From an uncultured Pseudobdellovibrionaceae bacterium (GTDB taxonomy: Bacteria; Bdellovibrionota; Bdellovibrionia; Bdellovibrionales; UBA1609), in assembly GCA_963803705.1 (NCBI GenBank), contig CAWDNU010000004.1:672001-736000 (forward strand): a stretch of 64,000 nucleotides of DNA, given 5' to 3'. Shown here one piece after another: positions 50,840-61,279 of the stretch (position 1 is its first letter; every line of letters starts with the position of its first letter). Made by a program: the position numbers and the translations under genes. The notes beneath the pieces are model-generated. The model saw nothing but the letters and a program-made list of their open reading frames with translations. It was not told where the DNA came from and made no database searches.

Positions 50840-52382
50840 TTTCTAACTCTTCTAATTTCTGGCGATAGTCTTGGTCCGTTTGTTGTAAAACAAAACTTGC
50901 AGAAGCTAATGCTTTACCACCCCTACGTGAAGCATTTTGTAGAACTGGAGCGTATTTTCCTAATTTGGTTGGAGCGCTTCTAATAGCCTTAGTTAATTTA
51001 TCAAATACTAGAGCATTATTTGCTGGACTAAAAACTCTTTCCCCTACTTTCTTAGCCGCTATTGCTTTAGCAGTTCCTATTGGCCCCATAGCTGCAAAAC
51101 CGCCTGCTCCGGTAACTAAATCACCTAGACCAAAAAAGTTGTTGCCTTGTTCACGCGCTTCTTTGTTATCTAGTAATTCCTCAATAGTTTTATTGTAGCC
51201 GTAAGCTTTCTTAGCTTTTTTATAAACTTCTTTTAAAGAAGCATCACCTAAAGAGTCTGCACCACTATCAGTAGCTTCTTCTAATGCTTTATTAACAATT
51301 CCATATGCATCTCTAGCTAGTTGTTCTTTTTCAGATACTACTAGTTTATTCTTCCAGTTAGCCGCTCTTCCCAATTCTTCTTTTAGTTCTTGAGCTACTT
51401 TTAATGGGATGTTTCCTTCACCTCTAGATGCTATTGCCTCTAAAGTATTTTCATATTGGTTACGTGCAGATCTATTTAAAGGGCTGTTATAAAAACCACC
51501 TAACGCTTCTTCAGTTTGTGTTTTAACCACTGTTGGATCAAATGAAGATAATGCTTTGTCGTCTATAGTTTTATAAATATCACCAATTGATTCACCCGCT
51601 TCACTCAAAGCTTTTCGATTACGACTCATTAAACTTTCAGTAGAGTTAGCGGTTAAACTAGGAGGCGCTATAATACCTTCATCAATTGCGTATCTAGTTA
51701 CATCTCTAACTTTATCTGCACCTATCTTATTTATTCTAGCTTTGTCAGCACCTAGCGCCTTACCACCAAAATATAAAGCAGCATCATCACTCTTATCTCC
51801 TATTTTTTGTAAAAGCTTAGATCTAAGAAGTTTATTACGAACAGCAGTCGCACCCTTACTAACGCCCTTACCAATAGCCGCTCCTGCTGCACCACCGGCC
51901 CCTCCAAATGCTCCACCTAATGCAGTGTCTTTAGCTAAACCTTTTAATGATTCAGCTTCTGAATTACCTAAACCGTATGCAGCACCTTCTAGCGCACCTC
52001 TAGCAGCTATGTTAGCAACACTCGCACCTTTAGCTGCCGCTACTCCTGGAATAAAAGAAGTTGCAATAGCGCCTCCAATTTCAGAAGCATTATATGCCGT
52101 TGGATTATCTGATTTAGATTTAGCATTTGCAGCTCTTACTTCATCTCTATTTTTTTTATATAATTCTTTTAAATCTTTTAATTCTTTATCAGTAGTTGCA
52201 ACATCATAAAGACCAGCTAATGCACCATAAGCTTCATCAGCAAATCCTAGAGTACCACCTTGAAGTAAACCGCGACCGACTGACTCTAAAGCAGAATCTT
52301 TCTCAATCTCTTGAGTATCATCCCAAGAAGGTGCATCTTCCGCCTGTATTTCAATCGTATCTTCCCATTTAGGTTCTGACAT
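50823..52382 (-). CDS. Internal virion/DNA ejection protein
   Basis: GLLQGGTLGFADE, Gly/Ala-rich hydrophobic segments, position after tail genes. Confidence 0.6.
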   Translation of the reverse strand: MSEPKWEDTIEIQAEDAPSWDDTQEIEKDSALESVGRGLLQGGTLGFADEAYGALAGLYDVATTDKELKDLKELYKKNRDEVRAANAKSKSDNPTAYNASEIGGAIATSFIPGVAAAKGASVANIAARGALEGAAYGLGNSEAESLKGLAKDTALGGAFGGAGGAAGAAIGKGVSKGATAVRNKLLRSKLLQKIGDKSDDAALYFGGKALGADKARINKIGADKVRDVTRYAIDEGIIAPPSLTANSTESLMSRNRKALSEAGESIGDIYKTIDDKALSSFDPTVVKTQTEEALGGFYNSPLNRSARNQYENTLEAIASRGEGNIPLKVAQELKEELGRAANWKNKLVVSEKEQLARDAYGIVNKALEEATDSGADSLGDASLKEVYKKAKKAYGYNKTIEELLDNKEAREQGNNFFGLGDLVTGAGGFAAMGPIGTAKAIAAKKVGERVFSPANNALVFDKLTKAIRSAPTKLGKYAPVLQNASRRGGKALASASFVLQQTDQDYRQKLEELENEESN

Positions 52383-53584
52383 TATTTATACCTCAAGAAC
52401 TTTCTAGTATTTGCGTCGTAAACTGCTACGCGGCCGTCTTTAGTCATACGCTCAACTTCACTTACTTCTGTCTTAGTTTCAGTTGCTGGCTCTATAGGTT
52501 CAGCTATTCTAGTTTGAACCGTAGTTTTAAAATCTAAGTCTGAATCTTTTTGAAATGCTTTTAATCTAGTTAAAATAGTATCTTGACCTATTAAGCTAGA
52601 TGCTTCGAAAGCTAATGGGTTAGCTGGTATAATTGCATTCACAATATCTTCATCTGATTTAGATAAAACACCTAGCTTAGCCATATTTTTATAACTTAAA
52701 AGCAAATCTTTACTTAGCTGCTGGCCACGAGCTACAGCTTCTCTATTATACTTCTCAGCGCCATACTTTTCTCTCAGCTCAATCATCTGTTGAAGTTTAT
52801 TATCAAACGACTGTTTAGCTTCATACGCATTTTTTAAATCTTTAGCGTCTTGCTTAGTGTTTGCAATACCTAGTGGTGTTCTTAATTCAGAATTATCTAC
52901 ATTCTTTTTAAGTGATGCAGTGATACGCTTGTCCTGCCTTGCTCTTTGCGCTTCTATTTTCCTTTGTTCAATTTCGTATATCTTTGAAATACTAGGTATT
53001 AACTTATTAATTTGCGAAGCGTTCATTTGACTAAAGTCTTTAGCAGGCAACATTTTAGAAGCTAGTGTTTGAGCTAGTTTAGAATCTTCTGAAGTTGGAT
53101 CTTGCATCCTCTGTAATTGTTCTTGTTTTTGACTAAAGTCTTCATCAGCTCGATCCATTTGCGTAAACTTATTATCGAGAGTTACATCACGTTCAGCTTG
53201 CGCTCTACCTTTATCAAATTCACTTAGTCTTTCTTTCCTTTGATCTTCTTCACGCTCTAATACCCCGTAGGCACCCTTAGCACCACGTCCAGCAATAGCA
53301 GAGCCTAAGCCAGCACCTAATGCTTTCCAGTTGTACCCCTTAGACTCTTCAGTATTTTGATCTACTATTTCTTGCCTCTTTCCAATACCATATTTATCAA
53401 TAAGTGCAGACCTAAGAGCTTGTCTTTTGCTATCATCCATTGGCTTAGTTTCAATTGTAGTCTCGACAATTTCATCGTCACTAATTTGCGGCTTAACTTG
53501 TTTTATCTTAGTTACACCTTGGACAATCTCTTCATCTGGAGTTTCAGGGCTAACGGTTTTTAGTTTATTAATTAAATCAGACAT
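52382..53584 (-). CDS. Internal virion/DNA ejection protein
   Basis: Helical, charged, Gly/Ala segment; coupled to neighbours. Confidence 0.55.
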   Translation of the reverse strand: MSDLINKLKTVSPETPDEEIVQGVTKIKQVKPQISDDEIVETTIETKPMDDSKRQALRSALIDKYGIGKRQEIVDQNTEESKGYNWKALGAGLGSAIAGRGAKGAYGVLEREEDQRKERLSEFDKGRAQAERDVTLDNKFTQMDRADEDFSQKQEQLQRMQDPTSEDSKLAQTLASKMLPAKDFSQMNASQINKLIPSISKIYEIEQRKIEAQRARQDKRITASLKKNVDNSELRTPLGIANTKQDAKDLKNAYEAKQSFDNKLQQMIELREKYGAEKYNREAVARGQQLSKDLLLSYKNMAKLGVLSKSDEDIVNAIIPANPLAFEASSLIGQDTILTRLKAFQKDSDLDFKTTVQTRIAEPIEPATETKTEVSEVERMTKDGRVAVYDANTRKFLRYK

Positions 53585-54762
53585 TATTTGTCCTCCCCTT
53601 CTAGATCCTTAACTCTTTTAGCAACATCAGTTAGTGCCGCTAAAATCGGTCCACCCATTTTATTATAATCAATTGTCTTAGTGCCCTGTTCATCTTCCTG
53701 AACTGCTTGTGGTGCAACTTTTTCTAAGTCTTGGGCCATTATTCCAACTTGATCGCCAGACCCATGCTCTTCAGGCTTTTTGTAACTGTATTTATAGCCA
53801 GTAAGTTGATCTAAAAACTCACTAGCGTTAAATTCTTCAATATCCTTTTTGACATTAACATCGGATGCAGCGACAGCCGCTTCTGCAGCTCCACCAATAA
53901 GTTCTTGTCTTGCAGCACCTTGAGCTTGGAATAATTTAGACTGGTTATTGTAAGCATCAGCCGTTCCACCAGCTTTTTTATACCTATTATCAAAGTCTTG
54001 CTGGAATAAATTTTTATTATATTGCTGCTGTAAATTTCTAGTATTCGTATTTGAGTCAGCTACTCGTTGTTTTTCTTGTAAATTTAATTGCTGAGCATTG
54101 TTTCTTAAATCAACATTTTTATTTTCTACATCTTGTCTGTTTCGTGTATTGAATTGATTAATTAAATCCTTCGCTCTAGCTTCATCGCTGGCTTGAGAAT
54201 AATCTTGCTGACGTATTTGTCCACCAAGTTGCCCTGACTGCATGATTGCGTCCAGCGAGCGCTGCTGGGCTTGTGCATTAATATCCATAGCCTGTTGTGA
54301 CGCTCGACCTGCACTAGCTTGTTGGTTCTGTAATTGTGCAGCTAATTCTAAACCGGAGCCGCCTACTCCACGAGCTTGCGCATTTTGTAATATAGCTTCT
54401 CTAGAACCACGCTCTTGATTATTCAATTCAGTCTGCATGTCATTTATACGTGCTCGGTCAATAGCCGTAAGACCTTCTTGATCTGATATATCTTGCAGTT
54501 GACCTAAAGCATTCATCTGAGCATTTCTAGTGCCTGCATCTACATTTATATCTTCATATGCAGAATTATCCATCAAGATAGCATTAGCTTGCTCAGGACT
54601 AAGTTGTCCTTGTCTCACTAGCTGTTCTAGTTGAACTTGCATGTCTGCAATCTCTGGTGTTTTTAAATTCTTGAATTGGTTAACAGCAGCTTGTGATGCT
54701 TCTGTTGCATCGCCGTCTTTTCCACCGGTTATAATATTAAATACGCTATCAAATAAACCCAT
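53584..54762 (-). CDS. Gln-rich virion protein with C-terminal peptidase S74-type chaperone domain
   Basis: MGLFD start; SDVNVKKDI...GIMAQDLE...IDY...coiled coil. Confidence 0.7.
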   Translation of the reverse strand: MGLFDSVFNIITGGKDGDATEASQAAVNQFKNLKTPEIADMQVQLEQLVRQGQLSPEQANAILMDNSAYEDINVDAGTRNAQMNALGQLQDISDQEGLTAIDRARINDMQTELNNQERGSREAILQNAQARGVGGSGLELAAQLQNQQASAGRASQQAMDINAQAQQRSLDAIMQSGQLGGQIRQQDYSQASDEARAKDLINQFNTRNRQDVENKNVDLRNNAQQLNLQEKQRVADSNTNTRNLQQQYNKNLFQQDFDNRYKKAGGTADAYNNQSKLFQAQGAARQELIGGAAEAAVAASDVNVKKDIEEFNASEFLDQLTGYKYSYKKPEEHGSGDQVGIMAQDLEKVAPQAVQEDEQGTKTIDYNKMGGPILAALTDVAKRVKDLEGEDK

Positions 54763-56213
54763 TAATCGTTTCCTTCTTCAAAATATTTTCTTTTACTATT
54801 AGCTCTTGCAGCTTTTTTTGCTGCACCTTTACTTTTATAAACTGTGTCTTTGTAGCCCCATAGGTCACCCGTAGGTAAAGCTTTGATACTGCTAATCCGT
54901 CTTTGCTCCGCTTCTTCATCCAATGCATTTTGCTGAGCTATTACTGCATCTCTATCTGATAAATATTGTTCTAAATTAAAATCTACGTAATCATTGTTAG
55001 CAGTGCCTGATTGAGATGGGTCAGCTAGCAAAGTATTATCTACTCCCAATAGGTCTGATAGAGCTTGCATTTGCGCGTACTCTTCTGCTGTAGCAACGTT
55101 CTGCGCATTTATAGAAGCTTCAGGATTATCTATTTGTGAGACGTATGGCGAAAAGTCTTTAAATTTATCAACCCCATAATGCTGATCTAAAAGATTGTTC
55201 TTAGACATAATTTGGTCAAACTTCGCTCTATCTAAACCTAATTGAACTAACTGATCATCTGATAAAGCACTTGGATTATTTGTATTATTTAATATTGCAT
55301 CACGAGTGCCAATTGCATCTTGTCTAGTTTGCTCAACGCGGCTATTTAAATCATTTTCAAAGTTTTTGATATATCCATTATCACCAGTAAAATAATCTCT
55401 AGTTTGATTGCGAGTAGCTTCAGTGGTGGTTTTTGCATTTGAAACATTATTATTTGCCTCAGATTTAATTCCATCTAATGAATTATAAATATCCTGAAAT
55501 GGTTTGGCTGATTCTTGTACTTTGTTGATAGCATCGGGGCTAGATTGAAGTAATAAATTATTTAAAGATGTTACACCAGTGTTTGCTCTATCTGACTGTT
55601 GCACTGATTTAATTAAGTCTTTTCTTCCACCTGCATCATCTATCTGATCAACTACAGTTTTAGCTTTGTTTATATCTTGGTTTAAGGGCTGGTAATATTC
55701 AGAAGTTTCAAAACTGTTAGGGCCAGTGTAATTAGCATTCAATTGTTTTTGAAATGCGCCCTTATCGTTGTCATTGTTTAGAACACCCTGCGCATCTTGA
55801 GCTGCCTTATTCACTAGGTCTTGATTATATTGAACAGTGTTTGCTTGAACAGAATTGTTAAAGTTATTCTGAGCACTATCTAGTGTGTTCTTAGCTTGAT
55901 CTACTGTTTCACTTACTTTAGACCCAACTTTACTTCCAAGGTCTAACGCCTGATTCTGATTTTGATCTAAATAGTCTGATACATTTGTAAAGCCAGAAGC
56001 TGTTGATGAGTTGCCAATTGAACTACTTCCACTCGCACTTGGGGTTGAACCAATCTGTACTGATTGCCCTGATAATGTAGGTGTGCCATTAGGTTCTTCA
56101 CCCTGATTAGTATTATTTATAACTGTTTGGTTAGATCCAGCGATTTGAGCTTGAACTTGTGGTTGCTCCTGTTGCTCTTCTAACTCTTCATTAGTTTTTA
56201 ATTGATATGCCAA
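54762..56213 (-). CDS. Asn/Gln-rich virion (probable ejection) protein
   Basis: SGFTNVSDYLDQN; position in structural module. Confidence 0.55.
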   Translation of the reverse strand: MAYQLKTNEELEEQQEQPQVQAQIAGSNQTVINNTNQGEEPNGTPTLSGQSVQIGSTPSASGSSSIGNSSTASGFTNVSDYLDQNQNQALDLGSKVGSKVSETVDQAKNTLDSAQNNFNNSVQANTVQYNQDLVNKAAQDAQGVLNNDNDKGAFQKQLNANYTGPNSFETSEYYQPLNQDINKAKTVVDQIDDAGGRKDLIKSVQQSDRANTGVTSLNNLLLQSSPDAINKVQESAKPFQDIYNSLDGIKSEANNNVSNAKTTTEATRNQTRDYFTGDNGYIKNFENDLNSRVEQTRQDAIGTRDAILNNTNNPSALSDDQLVQLGLDRAKFDQIMSKNNLLDQHYGVDKFKDFSPYVSQIDNPEASINAQNVATAEEYAQMQALSDLLGVDNTLLADPSQSGTANNDYVDFNLEQYLSDRDAVIAQQNALDEEAEQRRISSIKALPTGDLWGYKDTVYKSKGAAKKAARANSKRKYFEEGND

Positions 56214-56248
56214 ATTTTATCCTCTTACTATTACTTGGTAATTTTGTC

Positions 56249-56467
56249 TCAAATTACTAAAAGTCTGACGAAATACTTCGCTTCCGGCTTTAAGCCCGTT
56301 ATATGTTTAATGATTATCTGTCCGTTAATTTCTTCCCAGGTTACAGTCACACCTAGCTTCACTTCTTCGCCAGTTGATTTGTCTATGATCTGTAAAACCT
56401 GTAGGCCGTCTGCCTTAGTTCTTAACTCTTTGTTAAATTTAATATTTCCATTTATGAAACTTGCCAC
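56249..56467 (-). CDS. Small phage structural-module protein
   Basis: GAGG SD, starts directly after the upstream stop; beta-rich. Confidence 0.55.
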   Translation of the reverse strand: MASFINGNIKFNKELRTKADGLQVLQIIDKSTGEEVKLGVTVTWEEINGQIIIKHITGLKPEAKYFVRLLVI

Positions 56468-56468
56468 G

Positions 56469-57374
56469 TTAAACCTCTAGCCACTCTAAAGATAAAGAGC
56501 ACCATACTATTTTAATTCCCGACCCTAGATTTGCGTCACCAAATGCTTGGCTACCACTATAAGAATCGCTCTTAACTTGTCTCATTCTGTATACTCTGCC
56601 TGAAGTTAAATATGCTGTTCCGCTCAATCTTAGAAAGGATCTAGTCATGTCAAAAGAATTTCCAGAGTCTGATATAAAAAAGTTGCTTGTGAAAAGCACT
56701 GGTGAATTGTCCGTTACATTAAAAATGTGTATCCCTGAGTTTCCAATTCTTTCACCATAAGACAAACCATTAAAATTATAGTGACCAGATCTGGTTATAG
56801 TAAAATCGCCTGTAGTTGTATTTAGAGATATAAAATCTGATTTATTAATTCCCCTAATCTCATTAAATCTTCTTGTAAATGAGCCAGTACTTGAGGTTCC
56901 ACTAAAATCAGGAGGATAATCGGTGCTCGATGTAGATGTACTGGATACTGACATTGTTGCTTTGTAGCTTTTAGCGCTCGCTAGGGATGCTATTTCAATT
57001 TCATTATTTGTAACTCTCGAGTCTAAGCCTGTGATATTTCCAGAGTTAAGACCAATGTCTGTTGTGTTAGTAGCTACTTCACTAGAAAGGTCAGTTAAAT
57101 CAGTTTCTACATTGTCTATTCGTGTATCTAGCGCATCAATTTCTGCTTGTAGTGCAGTAGTGTCGGGCACTCCTGGATCATAATCACTAGACGTTTCAAA
57201 ATCTATCTCTCTAATTTGCGCAGCTATGTTTTCTCTAAATGTTATGTTTTTATTAAGTGCAAAATATAGATCTTCAAAGAATGAATTGATTGGCGATATT
57301 AACTTATCAATCCATGAAGGTGCATCTTGCAAATCTTCTTTTAAAATACGTCTTTGCTCTGGAAGCTTTGCCAT
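56469..57374 (-). CDS. Tail fibre-like protein (coiled coil plus C1q-like beta domain)
   Basis: Heptad segment; TGDFTITRSGHYNF. Confidence 0.55.
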   Translation of the reverse strand: MAKLPEQRRILKEDLQDAPSWIDKLISPINSFFEDLYFALNKNITFRENIAAQIREIDFETSSDYDPGVPDTTALQAEIDALDTRIDNVETDLTDLSSEVATNTTDIGLNSGNITGLDSRVTNNEIEIASLASAKSYKATMSVSSTSTSSTDYPPDFSGTSSTGSFTRRFNEIRGINKSDFISLNTTTGDFTITRSGHYNFNGLSYGERIGNSGIHIFNVTDNSPVLFTSNFFISDSGNSFDMTRSFLRLSGTAYLTSGRVYRMRQVKSDSYSGSQAFGDANLGSGIKIVWCSLSLEWLEV

Positions 57375-60043
57375 TACTTAAACCGCTCCGTCATTGAGTT
57401 AAAGACTATCGAAATTCCACTTAAGGAAAATGAGGTGAAAGCTTGGGCTGTAGATACGCTAATGTTCAACCAAGATCCTCTAGCTTTTTCTAGCGGCACT
57501 AGCGTACGCAATGCTTGGCTACCACCAATACCTCCACCAAATGGGTCACTGCCAAAAAGTGTAGAGCCAAAGCTACCCTTGCTGATTGGTCTAATGCTTA
57601 CACTAGTAACATCTGGTGAGAAGTTCGTGGAAAACCCTACGGAAGCTTCAATAAATGCTGCATCTCTAAATAGAAGTGTTATTTCTCTAAATCTCTTCAA
57701 AATACCAGGATTTTCAATATCCATCGGCACCCATTTTATTTCAGTAGCAATAGGTGTGTGTACCTCGGCAATGCCATTTGCATATCCTAAGATATTATTA
57801 ACAGTTAAAACATTGCCATCAATACTGAGAATAACTGATTCTCTAAAGCCTTGTTTTAAAGTCTGTCCTATCGATACGTTGTTAGCGTCAGCTACACTAA
57901 TTAGCGTTTCATCGACATTAGTTATTTCTATTTCGTATTGTTCATCACTATAGTCAGATAAATTAAAGTTCTTACGCTCTTTGTAAACATAATCATTAGT
58001 TGGATGACCCATGTATAGTTTATTATCTCTACGGTTAACTATTCCGCATGAGCGGTTCATATTCCATCTAGTCCAGGTTTTGGTAAATGAGTTATAGACA
58101 TAAGCCTGCGTTGCATAAGAATCAGCTGTCTGAGTGACAGTGAAAAGTATGTATTGCCTTGAAGATTCATAAGCTACAGCAAAAGTTGCAGTTTCAAAGT
58201 TAGTATACTGTTCACTGGATATTTCTAATAGTTGATCTTCAATTGGTCTAGATACAACGGCTACTCCAGTATCACTAACGGCAATTACACCCTGGTCAGA
58301 AAAGGTAAACACTTGGTTGTTAAATGCTACAGCAGATTCTGGCGCTCTTAACACTGATGTTGAATCAAACAAGGTTACTCTAAAGTTTCCTACTGACTCA
58401 CCAGTAATTCTATAAATACCATCAGCTTTAAATACAAAAATCGAATCTCTTAATGCTATAGCTCTTAATATTGGAAAGTCTTGTGAACCAATATCCAAAG
58501 AATTTAAAAGTGGCACTGCTTCTGGTTGACTAACTTTTGATATATATATTCTATTAGCTCTTTCATCGTTATCTGAATTTACTGTTGTACCTGTGGTAGG
58601 TAACGTTGGACTGAAAGAAGAACCGGCAGTTGATGTAACTGGAAAGTCTGCACCACCTAACTCAATTTCTTCGATTTGAATTTTACCAGGAAGATCATTA
58701 AAGCCGGATAGGTAGTAAGCGTAGACGGTAGTATTATCTAGAGTCTTATTAACAACTTCAATAATAGATAAGGCTGTTTCATTAATGTTTTCAGCAGGCG
58801 TTAAACTAGTCTCCACTTTAAATTGATTTAAACTTACATTCTGTGTTGATCCTGCAAAATAATCTACAGTGGATATACTAAGTCTGTCTTGAAACTCTAG
58901 GCTCATGCCTGTAGCCGTAGATGTTGCAGCTTCTGTCATTGTAATTTGGGTTGCAGAATCAATTGAGGCTATTCGAGTATCTAAAGGTATATCCGTACCT
59001 ATAACACGCATCCCTACTCTCATATCACTTGTGCCTGACAAATTACTTAAGATATTAGAGGTGTTAGACCTGTCCCCAGGCGAAGTTTTGAACTTAAGCG
59101 AGTTGCTGCCAACAGAAATTAATGTCAAAGTTAGTCTCTGCTTTGATTTACAATTTGCGTAGAATGCATGATTCTTAAAAACGGCTACATCTTTAGCTAA
59201 AGGTGGCTCTTCATTCGCTTGTGCAATACCTTGCTGTGAAGGGCTAGTATAAAGTGTCGCACCCTTTAAGTCTTCAGGAGTGTTATCTAGAACTGTTAAT
59301 TCACGTGCAGTAATTTCACCAGCTGTGGGAGTTTTTTCTAATACTAGCTGAAGGTTATCATCAGGTGAAGATGTAATAGAGCCTGTAGGGCTAGATCTAT
59401 ACACTTGATAGAACCAGTTACTAGTTACCCGCGCTGGAATTGTAAAGGTAACATTAACATTCCTACTTGCACCAGCAGAGTTTGAAACAATAATTCTCTG
59501 GCTAGGTGAACCAATAATAAGATTAGAGCTAGCATCTTTATAACCCCACACAACTCTATAGGCTACTTGAGTATCATCTGGCATAAATCCAACTGAACCA
59601 GTTACAACTCCACTCCCATCTAAACCTCTTGGTGCTCCACTTTGCATTGGTGTTGAAGTTAGAGTGTCTAATTTAAATATACCTTTGGAAGTAGTGAAAT
59701 AGAAGTTTCTATTAGATTCTAAGGATCTGATTTGTGTTGCAACTTCAGGCGCTAAATATGTACCAGTGTAAGCAACCCAGTTACCATTATTATCTGAGTC
59801 ATATGATAGAGTATTATCTGCGTGAACTAGAAGTGCTCTCTTGTAATTAAAAAGCTTATTAATTTGCCCTGAAGGTAGATTTAGCTTATTGCCGTAAAAG
59901 TTTTGCCCCTTCCTAGTCTCAACGATACTTTCTTTTTCTATAACCACATTATTGGCTACAGCAAGCGCTCCTTCTGGGACCGACGAAAGATCATTTGGAT
60001 TTGTATATAAACCAGCTATCTTTAGCTTAAGTTGTTGGGACAT
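57374..60043 (-). CDS. Podovirus tail nozzle / stabilisation protein (P22 gp10, T7 gp12-like)
   Basis: 889 aa beta-rich; GLYTNPN...EGAL..ANNVV...TRKG; RIYISK..PEA. Confidence 0.65.
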   Translation of the reverse strand: MSQQLKLKIAGLYTNPNDLSSVPEGALAVANNVVIEKESIVETRKGQNFYGNKLNLPSGQINKLFNYKRALLVHADNTLSYDSDNNGNWVAYTGTYLAPEVATQIRSLESNRNFYFTTSKGIFKLDTLTSTPMQSGAPRGLDGSGVVTGSVGFMPDDTQVAYRVVWGYKDASSNLIIGSPSQRIIVSNSAGASRNVNVTFTIPARVTSNWFYQVYRSSPTGSITSSPDDNLQLVLEKTPTAGEITARELTVLDNTPEDLKGATLYTSPSQQGIAQANEEPPLAKDVAVFKNHAFYANCKSKQRLTLTLISVGSNSLKFKTSPGDRSNTSNILSNLSGTSDMRVGMRVIGTDIPLDTRIASIDSATQITMTEAATSTATGMSLEFQDRLSISTVDYFAGSTQNVSLNQFKVETSLTPAENINETALSIIEVVNKTLDNTTVYAYYLSGFNDLPGKIQIEEIELGGADFPVTSTAGSSFSPTLPTTGTTVNSDNDERANRIYISKVSQPEAVPLLNSLDIGSQDFPILRAIALRDSIFVFKADGIYRITGESVGNFRVTLFDSTSVLRAPESAVAFNNQVFTFSDQGVIAVSDTGVAVVSRPIEDQLLEISSEQYTNFETATFAVAYESSRQYILFTVTQTADSYATQAYVYNSFTKTWTRWNMNRSCGIVNRRDNKLYMGHPTNDYVYKERKNFNLSDYSDEQYEIEITNVDETLISVADANNVSIGQTLKQGFRESVILSIDGNVLTVNNILGYANGIAEVHTPIATEIKWVPMDIENPGILKRFREITLLFRDAAFIEASVGFSTNFSPDVTSVSIRPISKGSFGSTLFGSDPFGGGIGGSQALRTLVPLEKARGSWLNISVSTAQAFTSFSLSGISIVFNSMTERFK

Positions 60044-60051
60044 TAAACCTC

Positions 60052-60942
60052 TTAAAATTTTCTATATTTATTGTTTGAATAACTAAAAATCCCACGACCA
60101 ACTATTTTCTTAGGTGCGCCGTCTACTCTTGGGGAAATAATTGTAAGCATATCTTTCAAGTTTCGTTCTAACATCTCATTAGCCGCTTCCATGCCGCTTG
60201 GGTCAGCCATAGCTTCTAAACACTTAACCACTGTTGCTTGAGCTAACACCTTATGTGCTTCAACTGGAATTTGTGGGATGGGAGAAAAACCTTCTTCACT
60301 AACCCAGTCACCTACTGTTAATCCTTCCACAGAATTAATAACTAAAGTCGGCGCTGACAGGGAGACTATCTGTATTTCTTCAGCACTAGTAGAAAAGGGC
60401 TGGGACTTAATTACTGAATTTAATATTGTACTAGTTGTCCATGATGCTGGAATATTACTTAAGGTAATTTCATTTGTTAGTGCATTTATTGACGTAATTT
60501 GACCCGATAAAGACAAGGTGGTTAGTTGCAAAGGTCTTTTAAAATAATAAAGTCTGACAGTTTCTGTGCTTTGACCTGAGATAATAATCTTGTTGCCTTC
60601 AATACGAAAGCCCGAAGTATTTCTATATTCATTATCTACATCTAATCTAGGTAAGTCTTGTGGCCTACCATTTACAATTGTGGCAACCTCTTTCAGTTTC
60701 ATACCAATAGCATCGTCAGGAATTTCAACGGTATAAGGTAATGACCCAGTTACAGAAATATCTTTATAAGCTAGAAAATACTCTTCTCTTACTGACATTA
60801 ACAAAGGGACTAATAGTGTCTCTAACTCATCAGTAGCTAGATTAACAAAGTCTTGATCCGACATTAAACGTTGGTCAGTAGGTAATGAACCACGTCTCTT
60901 GATTGAAGCTATTAATTTGTCTGTAGTATATGATACAGCCAT
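60052..60942 (-). CDS. Head-tail adaptor / tail tubular protein A-like
   Basis: Position before nozzle; helical termini, PQIPVEAH. Confidence 0.55.
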   Translation of the reverse strand: MAVSYTTDKLIASIKRRGSLPTDQRLMSDQDFVNLATDELETLLVPLLMSVREEYFLAYKDISVTGSLPYTVEIPDDAIGMKLKEVATIVNGRPQDLPRLDVDNEYRNTSGFRIEGNKIIISGQSTETVRLYYFKRPLQLTTLSLSGQITSINALTNEITLSNIPASWTTSTILNSVIKSQPFSTSAEEIQIVSLSAPTLVINSVEGLTVGDWVSEEGFSPIPQIPVEAHKVLAQATVVKCLEAMADPSGMEAANEMLERNLKDMLTIISPRVDGAPKKIVGRGIFSYSNNKYRKF

Positions 60943-60945
60943 GTT

Positions 60946-61248
60946 TTACTCCATTTCTTTTTTCTTACGTTTCAATTCCTCAAGTCTTTTCATTAATCTA
61001 GAATCGCCATAATCTTCTTCTTCAACTTCAGTTTCTTCTTCAGACTCTTCTTCTTCAGGAGCATCTGTTTCAAGTTTTTCTTCGACCATTTCTTTTACAT
61101 CATCAATTGGCATTTCTTCAGATTCGACTTTGGTTACTTCAACTACTGGCTCTTCTTTTTTAGGCATAAGTTTCTTAGCAGAATACTCATCCATTTCGCC
61201 CATAAGTTTTTCAAGAAGTTCCATTTTAATTTTTTTATCATCTAACAT
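60946..61248 (-). CDS. Acidic hypothetical phage protein
   Basis: AAGGA SD; Glu-rich. Confidence 0.6.
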   Translation of the reverse strand: MLDDKKIKMELLEKLMGEMDEYSAKKLMPKKEEPVVEVTKVESEEMPIDDVKEMVEEKLETDAPEEEESEEETEVEEEDYGDSRLMKRLEELKRKKKEME

Positions 61249-61279
61249 ATTTTTTATTTCCTTATTCTAGTTCTAGTTA

